Source: a virus
Taxonomy: Duplodnaviria > Heunggongvirae > Uroviricota > Caudoviricetes > Straboviridae
Length of the DNA: 64,000 bases
Virus record (IMG/VR): IMGVR_UViG_2974557979_000001
Direction: 5' to 3' (one strand)
In this document: positions 40,262 through 48,832 of the stretch, piece by piece
How the letters are laid out: each line of letters opens with the position of its first letter
Position numbering within the stretch: the stretch's first letter is position 1
Position numbers and translations under genes: made by a program
The notes under the pieces: generated by a model
Database searches by the model: none
Seen by the model: only the letters and a program-made list of their open reading frames with translations
Told to the model about the DNA's origin: nothing

Positions 40262-41695
40262 ATGAACAACAAAACTTTCGAAGAACTGAACAGCATTATC
40301 ACTTCCGTAGATTCCTATAAGGTTTCTCACTGGTCGCAATATCCAACTGGCTCCGAAGAGGCGCTGTTTTATATTGAATCTCGTGGTGGTAAATTTGATC
40401 AAGTAGTTACGGCTGGCTGTAACCGCCTTGCGCAAATCCTATCACGTCCGGTGACTATGGAAAACGTAGATTTTGCTAATCGGTTGTACAAAATGCACTT
40501 TGGGCGCGAAATCTTCAACTACAAAGGTTGGAAAGAAATTGCAGAACTGGGTTACATCCCTCTTGAATTCAGAGCGATTCCGGAAGGAACCCCAGTAGCG
40601 GTTAAAAATCCGGTTGCAACTTTCCATGCTGGGAAAAATGCGCTGTGGTTAGCAGGACACGTAGAAACCCTGGCGATCAGGGGAGTATGGTTCCCTTCAA
40701 CCGTAGCAACTCTATCCCGCGAATGTAAAAAAGTGTTGAAGAAATATCTCAAGAAAACCTCCGATCTCGAAGGTGAAGCATTTGATATGGTATTACGTAC
40801 CCGTTTGCATGACTTCGGCGCACGTGGAACCTCTTCTGCTGAATCTGCTGGTATTGGTGGCCTTGCTCATCTGTATAACTTCCTCGGTACTGATACCGTA
40901 GAAGCGCTGATTATGGCTATCTCTCTGTTTGAAGATTGTCAGAAAGCGTTTGATGATGGTGAAATGGCGGCTGGTATTTCAATTCCTGCTCGCGAACATT
41001 CCACTACCGTTTCTTACGGCAAAGAAAACGAAGACCTTGCATACAAAAACAGTATTGAGATCTTCGGTGAAGGGATGTATGCATGTGTGTATGATTCCTG
41101 GGATTTTAAAGCGGCGGTTCGCCGTATCGCAGAATATAAAGATTCTATTCTTTCTAAGGGCGGTACTCTGGTAGTTCGTCCGGATTCTGGCGATATGGTA
41201 GACAATATCATGTACGCTCTTGAAGAACTGGGCCGTATCTTTGGCTATACAGTGAACTCAAAAGGGTATAAAGTACTACACCCAGCAGTAAGGATCATTC
41301 AAGGCGATGAAATTCATGGCCCTGAAACAATCAATCGGGTGTTGAACTGGATGGAGTCTAACCGTTGGGCGTCTGAAAACATCGCGTTTGGTATGGGCGG
41401 CGGATTGCTTCAAGAAGTTACCCGCGACACTCAAAAATATGCGATGAAAATGTGCGCAATCAAAATTAACGGTGTGTGGACTGGTGTGTATAAATGTCCA
41501 AAAGGCGCTGAATGGAAAAAGAGTAAAAAAGGGTTGTTAATGACTATCACTGATGGTGTTAACTTTAAAACCATTGATACTCTGGAACAGAAAGTGCCGG
41601 AAGGCTGGAAAGATGCTATGATCACATACTATGTCAACGGAAAGATTACTGCCCGTGACACTTTAGAGGAAATTAGGAACCGTGCCGGGATTTAG
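40262..41695 (+). CDS. nadV: Nicotinamide phosphoribosyltransferase family (Nampt/NadV-like)
   Basis: DSYKVSHW.QYP, LHDFGARG, PAREHS, VRPDSG, IIQGD, AFGMGGGLLQ, RDT motifs. Confidence 0.9.
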   Translation: MNNKTFEELNSIITSVDSYKVSHWSQYPTGSEEALFYIESRGGKFDQVVTAGCNRLAQILSRPVTMENVDFANRLYKMHFGREIFNYKGWKEIAELGYIPLEFRAIPEGTPVAVKNPVATFHAGKNALWLAGHVETLAIRGVWFPSTVATLSRECKKVLKKYLKKTSDLEGEAFDMVLRTRLHDFGARGTSSAESAGIGGLAHLYNFLGTDTVEALIMAISLFEDCQKAFDDGEMAAGISIPAREHSTTVSYGKENEDLAYKNSIEIFGEGMYACVYDSWDFKAAVRRIAEYKDSILSKGGTLVVRPDSGDMVDNIMYALEELGRIFGYTVNSKGYKVLHPAVRIIQGDEIHGPETINRVLNWMESNRWASENIAFGMGGGLLQEVTRDTQKYAMKMCAIKINGVWTGVYKCPKGAEWKKSKKGLLMTITDGVNFKTIDTLEQKVPEGWKDAMITYYVNGKITARDTLEEIRNRAGI

Positions 41696-41984
41696 TATCC
41701 GCAAAAACGACAAAGGAACCGTGATTTTCTATGACAACATGCCCCTTGTAGCTCGCAAGGGGCTTTTTGCTAAAATCGCTGGGTATTCCTTTAAACTGGA
41801 AGAAGTCAACGACGAAACACTAAAAGAGATCGTAAGAATTGCCTTACAGTTAAGAGGTAAGAAAGACGAACAAAAAGCTATTGACATGATCAATAAATTG
41901 GGTGAAACTCAATGCTTCATAGTGAATCGTGGTTACAAGTACGATACCATTGCAAAATTTGAAAAAGGGCTTTGTGAATTATGA
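41682..41984 (+). CDS. Hypothetical protein
   Basis: 100-aa ORF (GTG start) coupled to dam by an ATGA overlap. Confidence 0.6.
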   Translation: MPGFSIRKNDKGTVIFYDNMPLVARKGLFAKIAGYSFKLEEVNDETLKEIVRIALQLRGKKDEQKAIDMINKLGETQCFIVNRGYKYDTIAKFEKGLCEL

Positions 41985-42832
41985 GTTATTATGGTGTGAT
42001 CCCATACACAGGAAACAAGCAATCGCTATTACCTGAACTATTCAAGCTGTTCCCCGAAAGAAGTTCATACATGCGTTTCATTGATTGTTTTTGCGGTGGC
42101 CTTAGTGTGTCGCTAAACGTCCCTAAACCCGTTCTAAGCAACGATTATGATAAGACGCTGATTGATATGTATGAGCGTCTTAAAACGCTTCCTGACCTGT
42201 CTCCGGTGCGAGAATTGATTGCATCGAAGGGGCTGGGGAAAGACAATAAAGAAGAGTATCTGAAATTCCGTGATGAATACAACCAGAACAAAGATCCTTT
42301 ATGGCTCTATGTCCTGATCCTGCATTCATTCAGCAACGTTAACCGGACAAACGACAAAGGCGATTTTAACGCTGCTGTAGGAAAACGAACCCTCAACTTT
42401 ATGACAGAAAAACGTTTCGAACATTTCAAAAAGAATGTGACAGGAATTGAATTTCGTTCTGGTTCATACTCTGATATTGAAATCAACGATAACGATTTTG
42501 TTTATTGCGATCCTCCGTATCTGATCACTGATGCGGTGTATAACAAATTCTGGAACGCAGATCACGAACGCGAGTTATATGCTTTCCTTGACTCCCTGCA
42601 TGAGCGGGGTATCAAGTTTGGTTTATCAAACGTGACACATCATGCAGGAAAGCAAAATGATATCCTGATCGAGTGGATGCAAAAATATAATGTGCATAAC
42701 CTCGATAAAAAGTATCTGTTAGGCCAGCATACTGATTCTTACGAACAAAATAAAACGCAAGAAGTCTACGTGTGCAACTACCAGAAACGCGACGTAAATA
42801 CATACCCTGAAACACTGGATGACTTAATGTAA
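41981..42832 (+). CDS. dam: DNA adenine methyltransferase (T4 Dam-like)
   Basis: IPYTGNKQSLL, FIDCFCGGLSV, YCDPPY, FGLSN motifs. Confidence 0.92.
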   Translation: MSYYGVIPYTGNKQSLLPELFKLFPERSSYMRFIDCFCGGLSVSLNVPKPVLSNDYDKTLIDMYERLKTLPDLSPVRELIASKGLGKDNKEEYLKFRDEYNQNKDPLWLYVLILHSFSNVNRTNDKGDFNAAVGKRTLNFMTEKRFEHFKKNVTGIEFRSGSYSDIEINDNDFVYCDPPYLITDAVYNKFWNADHERELYAFLDSLHERGIKFGLSNVTHHAGKQNDILIEWMQKYNVHNLDKKYLLGQHTDSYEQNKTQEVYVCNYQKRDVNTYPETLDDLM

Positions 42833-42840
42833 GGTAACAT

Positions 42841-43116
42841 ATGTTTAAGATTTTTGGTTATATCCCTTCTGTTTATAATTGCGCTCCATGCCTGAATTCT
42901 AAACGTCTCCTGGACGCAAAACGAAAAGAATATGAGTTTGTTTCTGTAGCCGATGAAAAAGACGCAGACGGCAAACCGATCCTGAATGAAACGGTCATTT
43001 CTGAACTCGAAAGCCTGTTAGGTACTCGTAGACTGACCATGCCTCAAATTTTCCACGATGGTAAGCACATCGGCGGCTTTGACCAACTGCGTGAGTACGT
43101 TCGCACGTTGGGATAA
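42841..43116 (+). CDS. nrdC: Glutaredoxin NrdC
   Basis: MFKIFGY, CAPC, TMPQIF..GKHIGGFDQLREY. Confidence 0.92.
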   Translation: MFKIFGYIPSVYNCAPCLNSKRLLDAKRKEYEFVSVADEKDADGKPILNETVISELESLLGTRRLTMPQIFHDGKHIGGFDQLREYVRTLG

Positions 43117-43147
43117 ATATTAACACCTTTATTTGATTGGTGTTATT
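43112..43147 (+). promoter_or_regulatory. Late promoter variant plus RBS-sequestering hairpin upstream of gene 49
   Basis: GATAAATA (43112-43119); TAACACC (43121-43127) pairs with GGTGTTA (43139-43145), which contains the RBS. Confidence 0.65.
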
Positions 43148-43630
43148 ATGCTCACTAAACGTATTACTAAGAAAGATTACCCAACAATCAAGCAAGCTCT
43201 CTTTGAGAAACAAGGGGGCTGCTGTGCTCTGTGCAAGCGTCCTTTAGAGGGCGACATTGAAAAACATCACCTCGACCATGACCATGCTTTAGACGGCGAA
43301 AACGCCGGACGTGTGCGCGGCCTACTGTGTAACCTATGTAACGGTACAGAAGGTATTGTAAAGCACAAATTCAACCGATCCGGTCTGGTGTCCCGTGATG
43401 TTGACTACATCGCCTGGTTAGAGAATCTGCTTGCATATCTCAAGCAAGACTACTCCGAAAACCGTATTCATGACAAATTCATACCAGATAAGGTAAAATG
43501 GTTTTCAAGACTTACCAAACCTGATATGATTGCCGAAATGGTTTCTATGGGCTTTGAGTACGCCGAAAAAGACGAACGCAAAGCCTTAACCGCAAAATAT
43601 AGAAAGCAATTAATGAAGGCAACGAAATGA
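43148..43630 (+). CDS. 49: Endonuclease VII (Holliday junction resolvase)
   Basis: CALC, HLDHDH, VRGLLCNLCN, KHKFNRSGL, WLENLLAYLKQDY. Confidence 0.95.
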   Translation: MLTKRITKKDYPTIKQALFEKQGGCCALCKRPLEGDIEKHHLDHDHALDGENAGRVRGLLCNLCNGTEGIVKHKFNRSGLVSRDVDYIAWLENLLAYLKQDYSENRIHDKFIPDKVKWFSRLTKPDMIAEMVSMGFEYAEKDERKALTAKYRKQLMKATK

Positions 43631-43955
43631 AATATCTAAACGCTCGATTATCAACACAACAGAAGAAAAAGCTGATGATGTTGATATCCTCCACTGACAA
43701 AAAGATCATATCTCTGCATGATTGGATACTTGGAAGGGGTGACTCTGATTTGTGTTATGTCAAACCGAAAGACCGAACGATGTTTGATGATCGCGGTCGC
43801 ACATTGACTAATTTTTCTCCTATCACCGTTATTGATATGTGGGAACTCCTTGAGATTGTAGGACGGGATATACCTGTTGACGGGGTTGAACTGATCAAAT
43901 ATCTTAACGAGATTGGACACAATTTAGATATTATCCATAAGGCAACGAAATGAAA
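43616..43955 (+). repeat. 17-bp direct repeat flanking the ORF between 49 and nrdD
   Basis: AAGGCAACGAAATGAAA at 43616-43632 and 43939-43955. Confidence 0.9.
43627..43953 (+). CDS. Hypothetical protein between 49 and nrdD
   Basis: 108-aa ORF with ATGA overlaps at both ends. Confidence 0.7.
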   Translation: MKYLNARLSTQQKKKLMMLISSTDKKIISLHDWILGRGDSDLCYVKPKDRTMFDDRGRTLTNFSPITVIDMWELLEIVGRDIPVDGVELIKYLNEIGHNLDIIHKATK

Positions 43956-46073
43956 GTAGAAAAACGCGACGGCAAAACCGTCGATTTCGATCAAGAAAAA
44001 ATTCGCAATGCTGTGTATAAAGCTGGCGGTACGATGACGGATGCTGACTCCGCGATCATGCTTGTGTTGCGTAGTCAGATCCGCAACGGTAAAGCAATGA
44101 AGATTTCACAAATTCAAGAACTTGTTGAAGAATCTTTAATGAAGACAAATCCGACTGTTGCCCGTGCATATATCGAATATCGTCATGATCGTGATATCGC
44201 CCGTGAACAAAACGGAAAATTATTCCGTGATATCAAGGGTTTGATGACTCTTAGTAACAAAGAATTAACCAACGAAAACGCAAACAAAGATTCTCGCGTA
44301 TTCCCGACTAAACGCGATCTTCTGGCTGGTATCGTTTCTAAACATATGGCGCGTAACCATATTCTACCGAAACATATTGTTGCGGCGCATGATTCCGGTG
44401 ATATTCATTATCACGATCTGGATTACAGCCCGTTCACGCCATACACAAACTGCTGTCTGGTGGATTTGAAAGGTATGCTGGCTAATGGCTTCAAGATGGG
44501 TAACGCAGACATCGAACCCCCGAAATCAATCGGTGTTGCGACGGCTCTCATGGCACAGATCACCGCACAGATTGCTTCTCACCAGTACGGCGGAACTACC
44601 TTTGCTAACGTCGATTTAGTATTGGCTCCTTATGTGGAGAAGACATTCGCTAAACATGTACGTGATGCTCGCAAATATCAAGTAGCATTAGTAAAAGATT
44701 ATGCTATTTCAAAAACAGAAAAAGACGTATTTGATGCTTTCCAATCGTATGAATACGAAGTTAACACGCTGCATACTGCCAACGGACAAACACCTTTCGT
44801 TACTATTACTTTCGGTACTGGTACGGGAATGTTTGAACGCATGATCCAGAAAGCGATTCTGAAAAACCGTATTCGTGGACTGGGTAAAAAGGGCATTACC
44901 CCTGTATTCCCGAAACTGGTTATGTTTATGGAAAAAGGAATTAACCTTGATCCAGAGGATCAAAACTATGACATCAAACAACTTGCCCTGGAATGTTCTT
45001 CAAAGCGTATGTATCCGGATATTATTAGCGCGGCTAATAACCGTCGTATTACTGGTTCTAGCGTTCCTGTATCTCCTATGGGTTGTCGTAGTTTCCTTAG
45101 CGTGTGGAATGATGAGCACGGTAATGAAATTCTTGATGGACGTAATAACCTGGGCGTTGTGACGATCAACCTTCCTCGTATTGCGATTGAAGCCGAAGCA
45201 CAGGAAGATGAAGACGCGCATGATGCATTTTGGCGTATCCTTGATGAACGTCTGGAACTGTGTTTTGAAGCCCTGATGACTCGTATTGATAGTCTCAGAG
45301 GTGTTAAAGCCAGTGTAGCCCCGATCCTTTATACAGAAGGTGCGTTTGGTGTACGGTTGAAACCCGATGATGAAATTCTGGAACTGTTCAAAAATGGGCG
45401 TAGTTCTATCAGTCTGGGATACATCGGATTGCATGAAACTCTGATGCTTTTCGGATCTGGACAACACCCATTCGACCGGATCGGTTCTCAGAACATGGGT
45501 AGACTGATTCTGGAATATCTACGCGCTGCGACCGAAGCATGGAAAAAGAAAACCGGATTTGGGTTTAGTCTGTATTCAACCCCTGCTGAATCTCTATGTC
45601 ATCGTTTCTGCAAACTGGACTATGAGAAATTCGGAAGTATCAAAGGGATCACAGATAAAGGCTGGTACACTAACAGTTTTCATCTGGACGTTGACCGCAA
45701 GGTAACACCGTTCGAGAAAATCGACTATGAAGCCGATTATCATTACATTGCAACTGCTGGACATATCAGCTATGTAGAATTCCCTGATATGAAAAACAAC
45801 CTGGAAGCCCTTGAAAAAGTCTGGGATTATGCAATGGATAAACTGGACTACTTCGGAACTAACCTTCCGGTTGATAAATGCTTTGAGTGTGGCTCTGATG
45901 ATGAATTTAAACCAACAGAAGACGGTTTTCATTGTACCCATTGTGGGAACCATGATCCGGAAAAAATGAGCGTCACGCGCCGTACATGCGGCTATTTGGG
46001 TGCTCCCGCTGTCCGTGGGTTCAACGAAGGTAAGAACAAAGAAATGATGCATCGCACTAAGCATCAAAATTAA
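43950..46073 (+). CDS. nrdD: Anaerobic ribonucleoside-triphosphate reductase (class III) large subunit
   Basis: ATP cone (VEKRDG), NCCL, PMGCRSFL, Zn-site CFEC/CTHC, glycyl-radical RRTCGYLG; uninterrupted. Confidence 0.97.
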   Translation: MKVEKRDGKTVDFDQEKIRNAVYKAGGTMTDADSAIMLVLRSQIRNGKAMKISQIQELVEESLMKTNPTVARAYIEYRHDRDIAREQNGKLFRDIKGLMTLSNKELTNENANKDSRVFPTKRDLLAGIVSKHMARNHILPKHIVAAHDSGDIHYHDLDYSPFTPYTNCCLVDLKGMLANGFKMGNADIEPPKSIGVATALMAQITAQIASHQYGGTTFANVDLVLAPYVEKTFAKHVRDARKYQVALVKDYAISKTEKDVFDAFQSYEYEVNTLHTANGQTPFVTITFGTGTGMFERMIQKAILKNRIRGLGKKGITPVFPKLVMFMEKGINLDPEDQNYDIKQLALECSSKRMYPDIISAANNRRITGSSVPVSPMGCRSFLSVWNDEHGNEILDGRNNLGVVTINLPRIAIEAEAQEDEDAHDAFWRILDERLELCFEALMTRIDSLRGVKASVAPILYTEGAFGVRLKPDDEILELFKNGRSSISLGYIGLHETLMLFGSGQHPFDRIGSQNMGRLILEYLRAATEAWKKKTGFGFSLYSTPAESLCHRFCKLDYEKFGSIKGITDKGWYTNSFHLDVDRKVTPFEKIDYEADYHYIATAGHISYVEFPDMKNNLEALEKVWDYAMDKLDYFGTNLPVDKCFECGSDDEFKPTEDGFHCTHCGNHDPEKMSVTRRTCGYLGAPAVRGFNEGKNKEMMHRTKHQN

Positions 46074-46075
46074 TC

Positions 46076-46114
46076 AAAAAGCCCTTGACTTCGGTTGAGG
46101 GCTTTTGTTATATT
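46076..46114 (+). promoter_or_regulatory. Promoter-early stem-loop cassette (terminator hairpin containing the -35 box)
   Basis: AAAAGCCCTTGAC-TTCG-GTTGAGGGCTTTT then TATATT; TTGACT lies inside the hairpin. Confidence 0.85.
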
Positions 46115-46140
46115 GGGCCTATCGAAAAAGGAGACAGATT

Positions 46141-46383
46141 ATGAAACTGACTAAGAAAATGACCGATGTAGTAGCATGTGCGTTTGCATTAGGCTACAAA
46201 GTTGAAAATCATCCAACTCGCGTTGAAGTCATCAACCCTATCAAGGGCCGTCCTGGTTTGGTTCTGTGTGAAGACGGCACAGCATATCGTAATGATGTCT
46301 CTTTAGAACTGGCAACTACTATCCGCACCGCAAAACAAATGAAAGATGTTCTCATTAGCGGCGCAAAATTGAGGGATTTATGA
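46141..46383 (+). CDS. Hypothetical early protein
   Basis: Start reassigned to ATG 46141 (AGGAG RBS). Confidence 0.7.
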   Translation: MKLTKKMTDVVACAFALGYKVENHPTRVEVINPIKGRPGLVLCEDGTAYRNDVSLELATTIRTAKQMKDVLISGAKLRDL

Positions 46384-46877
46384 TGTATTGGACAAAAGAT
46401 AAATTTGTTTTTCGTGATGATACGTGCTTTGGGACTGCATACCGAAACTTGGCTATTCGTGGCGGTTCGTTTTCGGCTAATGATTTGTCTAAGGTAGTAT
46501 TTCCTATTAAAGTTACTGAGTATGACGTATTCGGTGTTAAAGGGTTTACTGATTACTTTGGTACAAAGTTTGAATCAGAATCTTACATTTTTACTAATAG
46601 CGATCGTGAATTATTCAAAAAACACGTTGTTGTTAAAGAGAAACCGTTATTACCAAAAGAGGATGAAGCAAAGGAAATCTATGATCTCCTGAACATGCTT
46701 GACAATCTCGGTACTTGTCATCTGTTCGGTAAACGCGCCCGTAAAGCGAAAGATGTTCTCAACTTGTTGCGCTCTCGCCGGAATTACCTGATCCGGGAAG
46801 CTGAACGCAATCTGAAAAATTCAGAAAAACAGGCTGAAATCCATAAATCCACCCTTGCTAAATTAAAGGCTTTGTGA
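46380..46877 (+). CDS. Hypothetical protein
   Basis: 165 aa, coupled; C-terminal coiled coil. Confidence 0.7.
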   Translation: MMYWTKDKFVFRDDTCFGTAYRNLAIRGGSFSANDLSKVVFPIKVTEYDVFGVKGFTDYFGTKFESESYIFTNSDRELFKKHVVVKEKPLLPKEDEAKEIYDLLNMLDNLGTCHLFGKRARKAKDVLNLLRSRRNYLIREAERNLKNSEKQAEIHKSTLAKLKAL

Positions 46878-47083
46878 TGTTTCCGTTATACGCTAAAGTG
46901 CGTCGAAATGTCGGGAATTCATATCAGGAATGGAGTGAATGGCTACGTGAAACAAAGTCATTCTACATTTCAAAAGCAACTGATATGAAAGGCCGTAACA
47001 TTCGCTATCGTAAACCCAGTGGTAAACGAGTGAATGGGATAGATTACATTGTTCTTGATTCGATTCGGGATGATATACGATAA
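46874..47083 (+). CDS. Hypothetical basic protein
   Basis: 69-aa coupled ORF. Confidence 0.55.
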   Translation: MMFPLYAKVRRNVGNSYQEWSEWLRETKSFYISKATDMKGRNIRYRKPSGKRVNGIDYIVLDSIRDDIR

Positions 47084-47103
47084 TTTAACTTTGAGGCAAT
47101 ATT

Positions 47104-47355
47104 ATGATTTTCAACAAAACAAATTCACGTAATTTGAACTATCTACGCTGTGAACTGGAAGCTAACGAAATTGAACTGTTTTTCTGTGGGGCTACAGATC
47201 CGGAACACAAATTGCATTGGGTATCCGGTGAGATTGTAAGCCTAACCGATCAGATTGTCGAAGAGGCTACCCGCCGCGATGCAATCGTTAAAATTGGTGC
47301 TGTTGATGTGAACTACGAAGGACATCCTTCATTTTTCATTCAATATTATCCATAA
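47104..47355 (+). CDS. Hypothetical protein
   Basis: 83-aa ORF with GAGG RBS. Confidence 0.65.
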   Translation: MIFNKTNSRNLNYLRCELEANEIELFFCGATDPEHKLHWVSGEIVSLTDQIVEEATRRDAIVKIGAVDVNYEGHPSFFIQYYP

Positions 47356-47360
47356 AAGTA

Positions 47361-47389
47361 TTGACCTGTATATCTGAATGTAGTAACAT
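47361..47389 (+). promoter_or_regulatory. Sigma70-like early promoter
   Basis: TTGACC-N17-TAACAT followed by AAGGAGG RBS. Confidence 0.7.
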
Positions 47390-47415
47390 CCTTCTTGTCA
47401 ACTAAGGAGGATGTT

Positions 47416-47607
47416 ATGAAAATCAAAAACACTGCTACTGAAACTCTTTGCAACGAAATTGCAGAAATGTACTGGAGTAAAGGTCACTTAGAGGCTATGA
47501 AAGAGTTTCAAAAGTGGTGTGATACCCAAAAGTTAGCTAAATGGGAATACATCGTTATTGTTGAACGGATCAAAGAACTGATCCTCGTGAAGAAAGGTAA
47601 TAAATAA
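47416..47607 (+). CDS. Hypothetical protein
   Basis: Start reassigned to ATG 47416 after AAGGAGG. Confidence 0.65.
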   Translation: MKIKNTATETLCNEIAEMYWSKGHLEAMKEFQKWCDTQKLAKWEYIVIVERIKELILVKKGNK

Positions 47608-47633
47608 CCATGTAAATCAACATGGAACCCAAT

Positions 47634-48275
47634 ATGAACTATCAAAAAATATACGATTCTCTCATATCGAAATATAGGGGAGAACCTCCAATATCTTACA
47701 GACACAAGAAATCAGGTTACGAGATTCATCACATATACCCAAAATCAATGGGTGGATCTGATGAACCAGATAACTTAGTATATCTTACACCAAAACAGCA
47801 TTATACTGCACATCATCTTCTGTCTAAAATATATGGCGGTACTATGCATAACGCATTTTGGATTATGTCATTTTCTCGTGGGTTTCCCATCACAGCAAGG
47901 CAGTATAAAACTGCAAAAGAGAATAAAATTCTCAATCAAACTGGAAGAAAGCATTCTCCTGAAACTATAGAAAAAATGATAAAATCCAGACAAGGAAGAA
48001 CGTATTCTATTGAATCGCGTAGAAAAATGAGTGAATCACATAAAGGATATTCTCATAGTGAAGAAACAAAAGAGAAAACACGAAAAAGTTGTTTAGTTTC
48101 TAAAGCTAGATTTGTGAAAGTTGCTATCGGGACGAATATCAAAGATCCGTCAATTGTTATCCGGCTGTGCGGAAAAACTGATATACGCAATCACGGATTC
48201 AGTCAAGGTAAGGTTCATTCTTGCTGTCGCGGTGAAATAAAAAGTTATAAAGGCTATACATGGAGATTTGAATGA
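47634..48275 (+). mobile_element. Free-standing HNH (Mob-like) homing endonuclease gene
   Basis: MNYQKIYDSLI...EIHHIYPKSMGGSDEPDNLVYLTPKQHYTAHHLL, NUMOD3-like HSPETIEKM/HSEETKEK repeats; AATAAATA at 47599-47606. Confidence 0.88.
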
Positions 48276-48763
48276 ATTATATTAGAATTTATAACATGGA
48301 TGTGGTCAACGGAAAAGGGATCCGTGTTGTTTTGTTTGTGGCCGGATGCAATCATAAGTGTGATGGGTGCTATAATCGCAGTTCATGGAATCCTTGCAAC
48401 GGAACACCGTACACGGAAGAGACAGAAAACCATCTGATTTCTCTGTTGAGTAATCCGCATGTTGATGGACTTACATTAACTGGCGGCGATCCGCTTTACC
48501 GTGACAACTATCCTACTATCCTAAAACTTCTTGAGCGCGTTTCTAAGGAACTTCCAAAGAAAAACGTATGGTTATGGACAGGATATACCCTGGAGGCTTT
48601 ACAGGCCGACCCAGAACGTTCTAAGCTACTTCCTTACATTGATGTTCTGATTGATGGTAAGTATGAAAAAGATTTGCCAACGAAAAAGCCGTTTCGCGGT
48701 TCAGATAATCAACGTATGATCGAATTCGCTAAAAATTCGATAGAAATTAAAAATATTGCTTGA
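48272..48763 (+). CDS. nrdG: Anaerobic RNR activating radical-SAM enzyme
   Basis: DVVNGKGIRVVLFVAGCNHKCDGCYN (CxxxCxxC), TGGDPL, FRGSDNQR. Confidence 0.96.
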   Translation: MNYIRIYNMDVVNGKGIRVVLFVAGCNHKCDGCYNRSSWNPCNGTPYTEETENHLISLLSNPHVDGLTLTGGDPLYRDNYPTILKLLERVSKELPKKNVWLWTGYTLEALQADPERSKLLPYIDVLIDGKYEKDLPTKKPFRGSDNQRMIEFAKNSIEIKNIA

Positions 48764-48787
48764 CCTAATGTGTAACTATGGTAATCT
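48760..48787 (+). promoter_or_regulatory. Sigma70-like early promoter (extended -10)
   Basis: TTGACC-N16-TAATCT preceded by TG. Confidence 0.6.
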
Positions 48788-48832
48788 TACCACATCGTAA
48801 ATGACGATTAACTTTAATTGAGAGATAATATC

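Noticed and set aside
43950-46073. Possible group I intron in nrdD (T4 has one)
   Set aside because: The reading frame is continuous through all class III RNR motifs, leaving no room for an intron.
47396-47401. Minus-strand TTGACA suggesting a divergent promoter
   Set aside because: There is no acceptable -10 at 16-18 nt spacing and no minus-strand gene to serve.
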